Shown here piece after piece: positions 1-9,371 of a DNA stretch of 37,070 nt (position 1 is its first letter; each line of letters starts with the position of its first letter). The stretch covers positions 1 to 37,070 of IMG/VR virus record IMGVR_UViG_3300040736_000110; one strand, given 5' to 3'. The position numbers and the translations under genes were made by a program. Below the pieces are notes generated by a model. It was not told the origin of the DNA. It did no database searches and saw only the letters and a program-made list of their open reading frames with translations. The DNA comes from a virus (Duplodnaviria; Caudoviricetes).

Positions 1-1320
1 ATGGAAGAACAACGATCGATAGTGCCGGAAGCGGCTAAACAAGAGCGAACACACCTATCCCAATGGGACTGGGTCGAACCATCGGTATGGACAGACAAAA
101 TGCTGGCAGCCCTCGAAAGAGGTGTCAAAGGTGGAAAGTGGTTCAGTCTGATTGATAAGGTTTACTACATGCCTAACCTCCGATCAGCCTGGAAAAAGGT
201 AGCAGCAAACCACGGTAGCGCAGGAATTGACAACGTCAGTATCGAGCACTATCGAAGGCATGCTGAACAACGTCTAAACCGGAGTTCCATGCTGCTAAAA
301 GAAAACAAGTATCACCCCGCAGGCGTAAAGCGAGTGTGGATTGATAAGGCAGGCAGCAGGGACAAACGTCCTTTGGGAATTCCGACAGTAACCGACAGAG
401 TAGTGCAGACCGCATTACGTAATGTCATTGAGCCAATCTTTGAGCAAGAATTCTGTCAATATAGCTACGGCTTCCGTCCCCACAGATCATGTAAAGACGC
501 ACTCAGAAGAGTCGATGGACTACTGAAGCAGGGATACAAATATGTGGTGGATGCGGATATTAAGGGATATTTCGACAATATACCTCAAGAGAAGCTAATG
601 CAATTGGTGGAAGAAAAGATAGCCGACAGCCGGGTTATAGAACTGCTAAAGCAATATCTTTCACAGCAAGTGATTGATACGATGGCAAGCTGGACACCGG
701 AGGCTGGAACCCCTCAAGGGGCGGTAATAAGCCCCTTACTTGCCAACATCTACCTCAATCCTCTGGATTGGTTGATGTGGATAAAGGGGTATGCAATGAC
801 TCGTTATGCGGATGATTTTGTGGTGATGTGCCAGACCAAAGAGCAAGCAGAAGAAGCGCTGAAAACGATCAAGATCTGGACTGAAGAAGCAGAACTTATC
901 CTGCATCCGTCTAAAACCAAGATCGTGTATGCCGACAATGAAAGCTTCGATTTCTTGGGATACAAATTCACGCAAGGGATAAAATACCCCAGCGAGAAGA
1001 GCCTTAAGAAATTCAGGGATAACATTAGAAGGCATACCAGGCGGTGTAATGGGAAAAGCTTAGAGCAAATAATTGCTACGCTAAAACCCATACAAAGAGG
1101 CTGGTTCGAGTACTTCAAACACTCTCACAAATATACGTTCTCTGGACAAGACAAGTGGATTAGACGGCGTCTGCGCAGTATCCTAAAGAAAAGGGAGAAA
1201 CGTAGTGGCATATCTACAATAGGATATGACCATTTTCGCTTCCCAAATAGCACCTTTGATAGCTGTGGGTTTTTCTCAATGGTCAAAGCCCACAGGGAAT
1301 TATGCCAGTCTCTTAAATGA
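1..1320 (+). CDS. ltrA: Group II intron reverse transcriptase/maturase (no C-terminal endonuclease domain evident)
   Basis: RT motifs RPLGIPTVTDR, SYGFRP, DADIKGYFD, GTPQGAVISPLLANIYL, RYADD, FDFLGY; maturase X domain; DV/DVI RNA follows immediately. Confidence 0.95.
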   Translation: MEEQRSIVPEAAKQERTHLSQWDWVEPSVWTDKMLAALERGVKGGKWFSLIDKVYYMPNLRSAWKKVAANHGSAGIDNVSIEHYRRHAEQRLNRSSMLLKENKYHPAGVKRVWIDKAGSRDKRPLGIPTVTDRVVQTALRNVIEPIFEQEFCQYSYGFRPHRSCKDALRRVDGLLKQGYKYVVDADIKGYFDNIPQEKLMQLVEEKIADSRVIELLKQYLSQQVIDTMASWTPEAGTPQGAVISPLLANIYLNPLDWLMWIKGYAMTRYADDFVVMCQTKEQAEEALKTIKIWTEEAELILHPSKTKIVYADNESFDFLGYKFTQGIKYPSEKSLKKFRDNIRRHTRRCNGKSLEQIIATLKPIQRGWFEYFKHSHKYTFSGQDKWIRRRLRSILKKREKRSGISTIGYDHFRFPNSTFDSCGFFSMVKAHRELCQSLK

Positions 1321-1337
1321 GACACCTGTTTTCTGGA

Positions 1338-1412
1338 GAGCCGTATGCGGGAGAACCGCACGTACGGTTCGGAGGGAGGGGAGTCCAGTAATGGGTACTC
1401 CCCTACCCCTAT
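1338..1412 (+). ncRNA. Group II intron catalytic domain V and branch domain VI
   Basis: Canonical DV hairpin; GGGAGGGGAGT...ACTCCCCTACCC DVI stem with bulged A; AY 3' terminus. Confidence 0.9.
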
Positions 1413-1422
1413 CTCTTGGGCA

Positions 1423-2079
1423 TCATTTGGCGAGGGCAAGGAGCTTGTAGAAGGGATCGGTGGCGGTATAGACTTGACTGATACCAATCAGGACGGTTAC
1501 CAGGTTTCCTTCAATCTTAACATCGGCTATGTGGAGGAAGGCATCGCACTGGTTGGTCAGGATGATGTGAGGAAGCTCCTGATACTCCTTATCCAGAACG
1601 TGGGTGATGATCTTGTCTTCGCTCAGCTTGGCAGGGCTACACTGGCTGTTATCTCCTACTCCCTTATCCTGATCTTGTAGCTCATATTGCAGCTTTGTGA
1701 GTGAGAGTAGCCCATTCTGCAAGTGCTCGGTTCCAATAGCTTCATTGGCGATCTTGCTTCCCGTAACCACTCCATCTAGGATGTGATTGCCATAGATGCA
1801 GTTGTTCTGCAGTCCCCTAGCATCGAGCTTTCCGATAGTGCAAGTCTTGCCACTGAACTGTCCTTGAGTATTTCCTATGTTATCCCAGATCTCGTAGAAG
1901 CCGCAGTCAGCTTCGGATTCGATGCCGATCTCGTAGTATCCGGAGTTGGGAGTGGATTCGATCAGATGCTTGCCCTCGGCCCAGGATTGTCCAGGCCTGA
2001 GGAGTCGGATATCCACTCCCGATTGAGGCTTACGCTCGATGCCTTCCATTGTATAGTAGCTGATAGCGAACTTGTACAT
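1423..2079 (-). CDS. Phage distal tail region protein, function unknown
   Basis: 218 aa ORF with GGAG RBS; last intact gene of the tail operon; short fibre-like VVTGSKIANEAIGTEHL segment. Confidence 0.6.
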   Translation of the reverse strand: MYKFAISYYTMEGIERKPQSGVDIRLLRPGQSWAEGKHLIESTPNSGYYEIGIESEADCGFYEIWDNIGNTQGQFSGKTCTIGKLDARGLQNNCIYGNHILDGVVTGSKIANEAIGTEHLQNGLLSLTKLQYELQDQDKGVGDNSQCSPAKLSEDKIITHVLDKEYQELPHIILTNQCDAFLHIADVKIEGNLVTVLIGISQVYTATDPFYKLLALAK

Positions 2080-2105
2080 GTATGCTCCTGTGTGATTTTC
2101 TATTC

Positions 2106-2561
2106 TTAGGTTTGGCCTATCACGGTCTCATCGAAGTCGGTGATAATGATGATACCGAAGTCGATGTAACCGGGACTGCCTATGTATCTGGATTCCAGAC
2201 TGAACTTGACCTTGGTGGGATACTCGTGCAGATCATCCGGACACTTGGGCAGTTGAGAGATCGTGACCGGGAACTGGCTGTTGATGCTGTTGTAGGCAGT
2301 GTATTCCAGATAGAGCCGACCGGGACTCAAGAGAAAGCTCATCAGGCTATAGTAATCGGATGGTTCGAGTACCGCTTCCAGATCGAAGGAGTCTTCCCGG
2401 TAGGCTCCCCTTCTATGGATAATGGTGGGATCGTAAGCGTTCTTCTTCTCGATGCTGTATTTCTGGCTTGGATTGTACTCAACCTGCCCGTTTTCACAGA
2501 AGAAGTAGTTGATGCCTTCATCAGCCCAGCGGATGAGCTTGAAGCCCTTTATAATAGCCAT
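2106..2561 (-). CDS. Putative distal tail protein
   Basis: 151 aa; overlaps upstream tail gene; position after tape measure. Confidence 0.55.
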   Translation of the reverse strand: MAIIKGFKLIRWADEGINYFFCENGQVEYNPSQKYSIEKKNAYDPTIIHRRGAYREDSFDLEAVLEPSDYYSLMSFLLSPGRLYLEYTAYNSINSQFPVTISQLPKCPDDLHEYPTKVKFSLESRYIGSPGYIDFGIIIITDFDETVIGQT

Positions 2562-4036
2562 GCCTTCACCTTGTATTCATCATCTATGTAGTTACGCTCC
2601 AGTTCCGTAATGGCATAGATCTCATTCTGGATGCGTATCTTGGACTGGAGGGAGAGGTTGTATTTAGAGAGATTATCTATAGTTACTTCGCAGCTCCACT
2701 TTGAGTCATGAAAGTCAATCAGATAGTCTTTGATCCTGCTCTGAAGTTGAGTGGTATCGCCTGCCAGGATATCCAAACAGTTGATCTCTGGCTTCTCCGG
2801 ATTGCCCCGCTTGCTCACGAAACTGATAACGTCGTCCGCATCGATATCGATAATGGCACTGGTATAGGCATCCTTGTTTTTGAGTACGATTTGACCTTGG
2901 GGATTGCTGAAAATGGTGGTATTGTAAAGCATGAGCATGGCCTGCAGAGCTTTGATGTTATCGGTCTGCTCGTCACTGTAGTTTTCATAGGCTTTGCCGG
3001 GCGATAAACGAGTTGGGTAGAGATTGCCATGAAAGTGAGCCTCGATCCAATGGTTGACGTACTGACTGCTACCATAAGCTCGCCCTTCGATCAAGCCCCC
3101 GGATACGAGGTTGTTATAGAGAGTACTCTCCGGAATACCATGCTCCATAAAGAAGCCCAAAAACTCGTTATGGGCATTGGAGAGGGAAGCGAGATCTTCA
3201 ACCCAGCCGCTCTTTTCGTCATACTCAATTACTACAGGACAGATGTTGTTATAGAAGGTATAGATACGGCCCCTGTAACGGCCTTGATAGCGTGTGGTGG
3301 CAGGACCGGGATAAGTGGCTTTAATGACCTTCTTATAGGCAAAGATGAAGCGAGCCCTGAAGCTAACCATATCTAGGAGATAGCCCCAGATCGGACCCGG
3401 CCAGCCGGAGCTGTCATAGCTATATGTCCATCCTCCTGTGGGATTGGGGAACTGAACAAGATCGTCGAAGTCAATGTGGGCAATGGTGATTAGATCGCCT
3501 GTGCCGATGTTCAGGGTAGGCAGAGTGAACTGATTGGAGTAGGGTACGTCGACTGGTATCTTCTGCTCGATATCCTGCAGGAAGTAGCCCAGTATCCATT
3601 GGGGCTGATAACCAGCCGTAAGCGAGTAATAGTGAGTAAGATCGGAGTACAAGGAAAGCAGTTTGATCTTATCGTAACAGGTGATCTTGAGGATACCGGA
3701 GGATACGTCAAAACTCAACTGAGATGTATCGATAATGCCAGAGAATAACAAGACACCATCCCGATAGACCTTCACCTCGAAGTGGGAGATGTAACGCTCA
3801 TGCTCGTTTGAACCGGAAAGGATGTTATCATCTATCCAGGAGGTGGGAAAGCAGTCAAAGACAAGCCGCTTGGGTTCTCTGCTGTAGTTGGAGATCGACT
3901 GCAGCTTATCGGCTGATACGGATAGAGTGATGATGGCTCTGTTACTGGCAGAATCTTCCAGGCTATGCTTAACCTGGTTATAGTCCGGAGCATCGGTCTT
4001 GCCCTGGATGAAGTCAATCTTGAAGAGGTTAGGCAT
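2549..4036 (-). CDS. Putative tail hub/tail-tip protein
   Basis: 495 aa directly after tape measure (TAATG overlap); VKVYRDGVLLFSGII..LKITCYD segment resembles tail hub proteins. Confidence 0.6.
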   Translation of the reverse strand: MPNLFKIDFIQGKTDAPDYNQVKHSLEDSASNRAIITLSVSADKLQSISNYSREPKRLVFDCFPTSWIDDNILSGSNEHERYISHFEVKVYRDGVLLFSGIIDTSQLSFDVSSGILKITCYDKIKLLSLYSDLTHYYSLTAGYQPQWILGYFLQDIEQKIPVDVPYSNQFTLPTLNIGTGDLITIAHIDFDDLVQFPNPTGGWTYSYDSSGWPGPIWGYLLDMVSFRARFIFAYKKVIKATYPGPATTRYQGRYRGRIYTFYNNICPVVIEYDEKSGWVEDLASLSNAHNEFLGFFMEHGIPESTLYNNLVSGGLIEGRAYGSSQYVNHWIEAHFHGNLYPTRLSPGKAYENYSDEQTDNIKALQAMLMLYNTTIFSNPQGQIVLKNKDAYTSAIIDIDADDVISFVSKRGNPEKPEINCLDILAGDTTQLQSRIKDYLIDFHDSKWSCEVTIDNLSKYNLSLQSKIRIQNEIYAITELERNYIDDEYKVKAWLL

Positions 4037-7014
4037 TAGATCTCGCTCCTGATCATCTTGCCGGTATCGGCTATCTCGGATACCTTGACCGGATCGTTGG
4101 AGAGTGGATCGACATTTACTTCGATGATGGGCTTGGAGTCCATCACAGTTTGCTTGAGTGAGACGATCTCGTCTTTCAGGGCGGCAATCAGATCGATTAG
4201 GGTATTCATACCGCCTCCGGAAGTGATAGCGCCACCAGCGGCATAATATGAGCCTATGTTACTGGGAATAGGCACAGAAGGGACAGGCATCCCGGCAAAG
4301 GCAAGCTTGACCTGATTCAAAGGTGCGAAGTTGAGGAAGTCAAAGAGGTTCCTGCCCAGGGCTTTGACCCGATCCTTGGCAGTGACGTATTCATCACCTT
4401 CGGCTTCGATCAGGATGCCTCCCTGATTATGGGAAGGTCCGGTTAGGAGTCCTCCGGTAGCTTTCTTCTCGAACTTGGTGGCACTGATCCTGGCGATGTT
4501 GGCGATACCGGCAGCCATCGCAGCTGCTGCAGCCGCCACTGCCAGTCCGGGTCCCACTACTGGGATTCCGATCATGGATTTATATGCTCCGATAGCGGCA
4601 GAGAAAGTATCCACATAACCCTGAGCCATAGCCGAGGCTTTCCAGAGCTTGAAGCCACGCTCGGTGTCTTTATCCTGAGCCGCAGCCAGATCACCGAAGA
4701 TCTTGGAGATGCCACTGGCTACCTGCAGTTGGTGATTGGTTCTGAGAGTGTTGAGAGTCTCCTGCTTCTGCCGCTCAATCTCCACTTCAGTGTATCCAGC
4801 TTCCAGGAGCTTGGCTTTCATTTTCTCGTAATAACGATCAACTTCCAAGAGCTGCTTGCTGTAGCTGTCACCGATGTTATCGAGGTCACGAGAGTAGAAC
4901 TCGTCCCGGATGTTCTGCAGTTCCTGCAGCTTGGCTCGTTCTTCATCCTGACGTTCCTGGAACAGTTTGACGTGCCGGGCATCTATCTCGGCTATCTGTG
5001 CCTGGATCAACTGCTGCTCTTGCTGAGGGAGGTTCTGTTGAGCCCAGGCATAGTACTCCTCCATGCTGGCCTTGAGAGCGGCATAGGAATCGACGCCTAA
5101 GTTCTCAAGATTGGAGAAGTAGTCTATCTCAGCCTTGTATCTGGCTTGGACGGCATCCTTCTCTTTGATGGTGATCTCGTTATTCTGTTGGGTCTTCCAA
5201 GCATCAAGGTTCTCGATAGCTTGCCGTTCCGCATCACTACCATCCTGAGTGAACTCCCTGATTAGGGATAACCTTCTCTGGTATTCGGCTTCAATGCGAG
5301 CAGTCTCGGTTTGCCTCAGTCGGGCAAGCTCTTCCATCAAGCGTAACGCTTCCTTGCGTCTCGCTTCCGCTTCTGTAGCAGCAGGATTGGGTGCTGTGCT
5401 GCCACCTCCACCACCAGAACCACCTGTAGGTTGAAAGGTCAGATCTGGAGCATCGAGCATCGCTTGTCTATAAGCTGCCCCGATCTGCTGCAGGTCGTTT
5501 TTAGCAGCCTGTAGTTGCCCTGTTAATGCCCCAAACTGATTGAGTCTTCTTTCTAACTTGAGCCACTCACCATCATTACCGAAATAGGAGGCAGGGTTGA
5601 AACCCATAGCGTTACGGTCACTGGTTAAGAACTCCCAGTCAACTGAACTCATCAACTGCTGTTTACGGGCTCGGACCCTATCTACCTCAGCCTTTTGGGA
5701 GTCGATCTCGATTTGGAGTTCCGCTACCTTCCTGATCTGGGCATTGTACTTCTCGCCATAGATCTCGGCTATCTTCTTCTGCACCAGAGCATCGGAAGCG
5801 TTACGCAGGGCAGTAGCCAGGTTATTGTAGGCGGTTGTCTCCAAGTTGATATTGCCAAGATACTCAGAGTAGTTGTCATTCAAGGACTTGATGACATTCT
5901 TCATCTCCCGCTTGTCTGCGGCTGTGAGTGAAGTGGCAGAGCGAAGCTCAAGTAACCGGGAAGCCAATAGACTGAACTTCTCGGCTTCGACTGAGACCTG
6001 ACGTTCAGCGTCCTTGATCTCGTCTTTCATGCTTCTCTGAGCTGTACTAACCTCATCAGTCTTGGTGGATGCAGCAGCCAGTCCAAAGCCCAAAGCAGAT
6101 AAAGCACCCACAGCAATACCTATGATGCCAGCTACCGGGTTCATGGCTACCTGCAGGGCATGATAGGCGGCTGTGAGAGCTGTTACCGCAGTGGTGACAG
6201 TTCCGATAACCGGTATGGCGATCACGATACCAGCCACGAAGCCTTTCATCACCGGAGATAGGTTGTTATAGGCATCCATCAGCAGCTTCAAGCCCTTGAG
6301 CAGGGGATTGATCAGAGTTGTCAGCATATCGCCCACCGTCTCTTGAATATCTCCCCAGGCATTAGCATTCTGCAAGCGAAGATCAGCCAGAGCAGTAGCT
6401 GTGCCGCCATAGTCCTCACCAAGCTTTTCGACCAGATATGATACGCCTTCTGTCTTGAGACGGGTATCATCAAGCTCAATGCCATATCTGCCCAGCATCT
6501 CGGTATGTCCATTCAGGGCCCGACCCATGAGATCAAAGGCTGACTCCACGCTCATCCCGGTGGCTTTATTGGCTTCAGTGAAGTCCAGCAAAACTGGTAC
6601 AAGCTGTTGAATCTCGTCCTTGTTCAGCTTGAAAGTCTGGGAGAGTTTGGACATCAAAGACAGCAGTTGATCATCCTCGAAGTTTGTGACAGACTGCATG
6701 GATGAAGCGAAATTGCCCATCTCACCAGCCGCTTCTCCGAAGGCAACCGAAGCCAGTGTCATGGCCTGTCTCTGACCCAGTGAAGCATCGAGCAGGCCGT
6801 TCATTGATCTGACCAGACCACCCACCACCTGCAAAACTCCATCCACTGCGATCCTCACATCACGAATGGTAGCCAGAGCTTGTTCCGCAGTGATCTTAAC
6901 CGCAGCAGGTTTCTCCACCGCAGACTGGGCGGACTCCGCCTCCTGCTTGACTTCGGCAAGCTTGAGACTGGCATCATTAGTAACGAGGACAAGCTTAAAG
7001 GTTAAGTCGGGCAT
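4036..7014 (-). CDS. Tail tape measure protein
   Basis: 992 aa, Ala/Gln/Glu-rich helical and coiled-coil, hydrophobic Ala/Gly segments, ATGG..GP C-terminal motif, tail-module position. Confidence 0.88.
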   Translation of the reverse strand: MPDLTFKLVLVTNDASLKLAEVKQEAESAQSAVEKPAAVKITAEQALATIRDVRIAVDGVLQVVGGLVRSMNGLLDASLGQRQAMTLASVAFGEAAGEMGNFASSMQSVTNFEDDQLLSLMSKLSQTFKLNKDEIQQLVPVLLDFTEANKATGMSVESAFDLMGRALNGHTEMLGRYGIELDDTRLKTEGVSYLVEKLGEDYGGTATALADLRLQNANAWGDIQETVGDMLTTLINPLLKGLKLLMDAYNNLSPVMKGFVAGIVIAIPVIGTVTTAVTALTAAYHALQVAMNPVAGIIGIAVGALSALGFGLAAASTKTDEVSTAQRSMKDEIKDAERQVSVEAEKFSLLASRLLELRSATSLTAADKREMKNVIKSLNDNYSEYLGNINLETTAYNNLATALRNASDALVQKKIAEIYGEKYNAQIRKVAELQIEIDSQKAEVDRVRARKQQLMSSVDWEFLTSDRNAMGFNPASYFGNDGEWLKLERRLNQFGALTGQLQAAKNDLQQIGAAYRQAMLDAPDLTFQPTGGSGGGGGSTAPNPAATEAEARRKEALRLMEELARLRQTETARIEAEYQRRLSLIREFTQDGSDAERQAIENLDAWKTQQNNEITIKEKDAVQARYKAEIDYFSNLENLGVDSYAALKASMEEYYAWAQQNLPQQEQQLIQAQIAEIDARHVKLFQERQDEERAKLQELQNIRDEFYSRDLDNIGDSYSKQLLEVDRYYEKMKAKLLEAGYTEVEIERQKQETLNTLRTNHQLQVASGISKIFGDLAAAQDKDTERGFKLWKASAMAQGYVDTFSAAIGAYKSMIGIPVVGPGLAVAAAAAAMAAGIANIARISATKFEKKATGGLLTGPSHNQGGILIEAEGDEYVTAKDRVKALGRNLFDFLNFAPLNQVKLAFAGMPVPSVPIPSNIGSYYAAGGAITSGGGMNTLIDLIAALKDEIVSLKQTVMDSKPIIEVNVDPLSNDPVKVSEIADTGKMIRSEI

Positions 7015-7079
7015 TTTTTCTCTTTACAGTTTTATCTCTGGACAATTCATGACTTTAAAATCTAACCAAGGAGTATGCA

Positions 7080-7307
7080 ATGGATTACGATGCAATTCAT
7101 GGACACGGAGAATCATTCGATCAAAAGTGCGATTTTTGTGGTGCAGAATTCACAGTTTATGTTCCTCGTCAGGCAGGGCATGAAGAATCTGAGGAATACT
7201 GCTGTCCTGAATGTGGAAAACAATTCAAAACCCGAGCTTCTAACTCTCCACATACCGTTCTACGAGTTAAACGTACTGATGGAAAAACTGATGATTTCAA
7301 GGGGTAG
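7080..7307 (+). CDS. Small zinc-ribbon protein (moron, antisense to late operon)
   Basis: CDFC...CPEC pairs; AAGGAG at 7068-7073, 6 nt before the ATG; AT-rich context. Confidence 0.7.
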   Translation: MDYDAIHGHGESFDQKCDFCGAEFTVYVPRQAGHEESEEYCCPECGKQFKTRASNSPHTVLRVKRTDGKTDDFKG

Positions 7308-7313
7308 CCTTAA

Positions 7314-8090
7314 TTAGTAATTTCTAATTAGCAGCTCAACTTCAGTCTGGAAAGTTCCTGATACCGAGTACTGCGTCTCTACTTCTTCAATGATGCAGTC
7401 CTTGTAAAGCTGCCTGATGTAAGGATCGTTGTTGTAGGATAGCAAGAACTTGCCCTTGATCTGTTTCAAGGCTTCGGCCAACTCTTCGTGCTGGTTGAAA
7501 GCGTCTGCATCCTCACGTTCGTAGATGTGCTCTTTTGTGTAGTAGGGAGGGTCCAGATAGAAGAAGGTATGAGGTTGGTCGAACCGGGCTACGATCTTTT
7601 CCCAGGGCTGCTTTTCGATGATCACGTGACGCAGCCGTTCCGAGGCTTCCTTCACCTTGTCAAGGTTGCGGAGGGGCATGTACTTGTAGCCTTGATTGAC
7701 ACAGAAGTTCTTACTGCGTGAGCCATAACTGCAGGCGAGATTGTAGTAGAACTTGATCGCTCTTTCCAACTCAGTTCTGGGCTCATGCTTCATGAAGTTA
7801 TCGAACATCTCCCTGGCAATCAGATAGTTGTTCAGTTCGGTAACGAAGGCTTCCGGATGGTTCTTGATATACTTCCAGAAGTTGACCAGATCGCCATTGA
7901 TATCGTTATAGACCTCAGTATAGCGGCTCTTCTTGGACAGCTGCCAGTCATCCTTGTTAGCACTTTTCCCGAACAGTATCCAGGCTGCACCACCAAAGAC
8001 TTCGCAATAGATGTCATGCTTGGGGATGAGCGGCAGGATCTTCTTGCGGAGGATACGCTTGCCGCCTACCCAGGAGATGATGCTGTTCAT
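7314..8090 (-). CDS. DNA adenine methyltransferase (Dam/D12-class, alpha), copy 2
   Basis: WVGGK, EVFGGAA (motif I), YNDIN, YLDPPY (motif IV), FLLSYN. Confidence 0.92.
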   Translation of the reverse strand: MNSIISWVGGKRILRKKILPLIPKHDIYCEVFGGAAWILFGKSANKDDWQLSKKSRYTEVYNDINGDLVNFWKYIKNHPEAFVTELNNYLIAREMFDNFMKHEPRTELERAIKFYYNLACSYGSRSKNFCVNQGYKYMPLRNLDKVKEASERLRHVIIEKQPWEKIVARFDQPHTFFYLDPPYYTKEHIYEREDADAFNQHEELAEALKQIKGKFLLSYNNDPYIRQLYKDCIIEEVETQYSVSGTFQTEVELLIRNY

Positions 8091-8905
8091 GAAAGCCCCC
8101 TGATTTCTCTGGTAGTTTTGGGTTTGGGCTTTGCAGCTTCAGTATCGCTGTCCTCGAGATCGAAGTTGGCAATGATCACTTCATTGAACTCGGACTTACC
8201 TTCCTTGCGATTGATGCCCTTTGTGCGGGTGACATGCTTGATATCAAAGCCCTTGTATAGCTTGAGCACTTCAGGGTTATCGTCATAGCTTAGGATGAAG
8301 CGTCCCTTGATCTTCTTGAGTTTGGCACACAGGTCTTCATGGCTGAACTGCTTGCTGTTCTCATAGGTATAACCGAGCATGTAAGGAGGGTCACAGTAGA
8401 AGAAGTTGCTCTTGGTATCGTACTTATCGATCACCTTCTCGTAGGAGAGGTTCTCGATGATCACCATATCCAAACGCTTGTGAAGTTCCTTGATGCGTTC
8501 CAGACGGTTATACATACTGGATGTACCACGTTTCTGTGAAGTGCCGAAGCTGTCACCTTTGCTGCCGAACGATCTGGTGATCAGATACATGAACCGTGCA
8601 GCCCGCTGTATCTCGGTTAAGCCTTCCTGCTTGAGGATATCGCCAAAAAGCTTGCGGCTGGCGACTAACCAGTCCAGTTCCTTGATCAACTCATCAGGAT
8701 GGTATTTCACTTGCAGGAACAGATTAACCAAGCGGTTATCGAGATCGTTATAGACTTCCAGATCTCCCCACTTCTCTCTGTAGAGGAGCATCCAGGCAGC
8801 ACCACCGAAGGGCTCGATGAAGCCAGTGATATCCTTGGGAACGTAAGGAGCGATAACCTTTCGAAGCAGGCGTTTACCGCCTATCCAGCCTATAATGGCA
8901 TCCAT
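8087..8905 (-). CDS. DNA adenine methyltransferase (Dam/D12-class, alpha), copy 1
   Basis: WIGGK, EPFGGAA, YNDLD, YCDPPY, FILSYD; ATGA overlap with copy 2. Confidence 0.92.
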   Translation of the reverse strand: MDAIIGWIGGKRLLRKVIAPYVPKDITGFIEPFGGAAWMLLYREKWGDLEVYNDLDNRLVNLFLQVKYHPDELIKELDWLVASRKLFGDILKQEGLTEIQRAARFMYLITRSFGSKGDSFGTSQKRGTSSMYNRLERIKELHKRLDMVIIENLSYEKVIDKYDTKSNFFYCDPPYMLGYTYENSKQFSHEDLCAKLKKIKGRFILSYDDNPEVLKLYKGFDIKHVTRTKGINRKEGKSEFNEVIIANFDLEDSDTEAAKPKPKTTREIRGLS

Positions 8906-9005
8906 TAGGCATCTCCTTTAGGATCGGTGATACAGAGCCGAAGGTAAAGTTCTGGCAGCGTCATATTGTCGAAGTCCTCGTTAGTGAAGCCCAGTTTACG
9001 CAGGA

Positions 9006-9356
9006 TCATTTCAAACCTCTCGAAGGGGTATTTGGAGACGCCGTTACCGCCAATCCGAAACTCCCGAGCCAACTTGCGAACCTCTCTTTGTTGGCTCTGA
9101 TATAGACGAAAAAAGCGGAGATATGCTCCAGTGCTTCTATTGCATCCATATCGTCTGGGTCTTGGTTTGAGATGATGCGGATCAGCTCTTTATCGGCTTC
9201 TGATTGGCTGATCAGTTCAAGCAGTTCCAGCTCACTGACCTTGGCTACCTGGCCGGAGAGGAAGTCCTCAAGCTTGGCTTTCAGAGTAGCGTTCGAGATC
9301 GTGAGACAGAGTATTTGCCGCAGTTGGCTATAGCTGAGTTTAGGTTCTCGCTTCAT
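9006..9356 (-). CDS. Tail assembly chaperone (lambda gpG-like); -1 frameshift product extends to 8905
   Basis: 116 aa; slippery T TTT TTC at 9114-9108; -1 frame open to TAA at 8907-8905. Confidence 0.75.
   Translation of the reverse strand: MKREPKLSYSQLRQILCLTISNATLKAKLEDFLSGQVAKVSELELLELISQSEADKELIRIISNQDPDDMDAIEALEHISAFFVYIRANKERFASWLGSFGLAVTASPNTPSRGLK
9108..9114 (-). other. Programmed -1 ribosomal frameshift site
   Basis: X XXY YYZ heptamer TTTTTTC in the correct frame, followed by 67 open codons in the -1 frame. Confidence 0.75.
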
Positions 9357-9371
9357 AGAATAGTCCTTTTC

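Larger units (their letters stand above)
1..1412 (+). mobile_element. Group II intron, 3' part (5' end upstream of window)
   Basis: RT ORF, then DV GAGCCGTATGCGGGAGAACCGCACGTACGGTTC (1338-1370, AGC triad) and DVI ending CCCTACCCCTAT at 1412. Confidence 0.92.

Noticed and set aside
1-1412. RT as a diversity-generating retroelement or retron
   Set aside because: It has group II intron motifs (GTPQG, YADD, X domain) with DV/DVI directly downstream; no TR/VR pair or avd-like gene was seen.
7075-7317. Alternative 80-aa ORF overlapping the zinc-ribbon gene
   Set aside because: The RBS is only 1 nt from this ATG and the protein has no motif; the 7080 frame has proper spacing and CxxC pairs.
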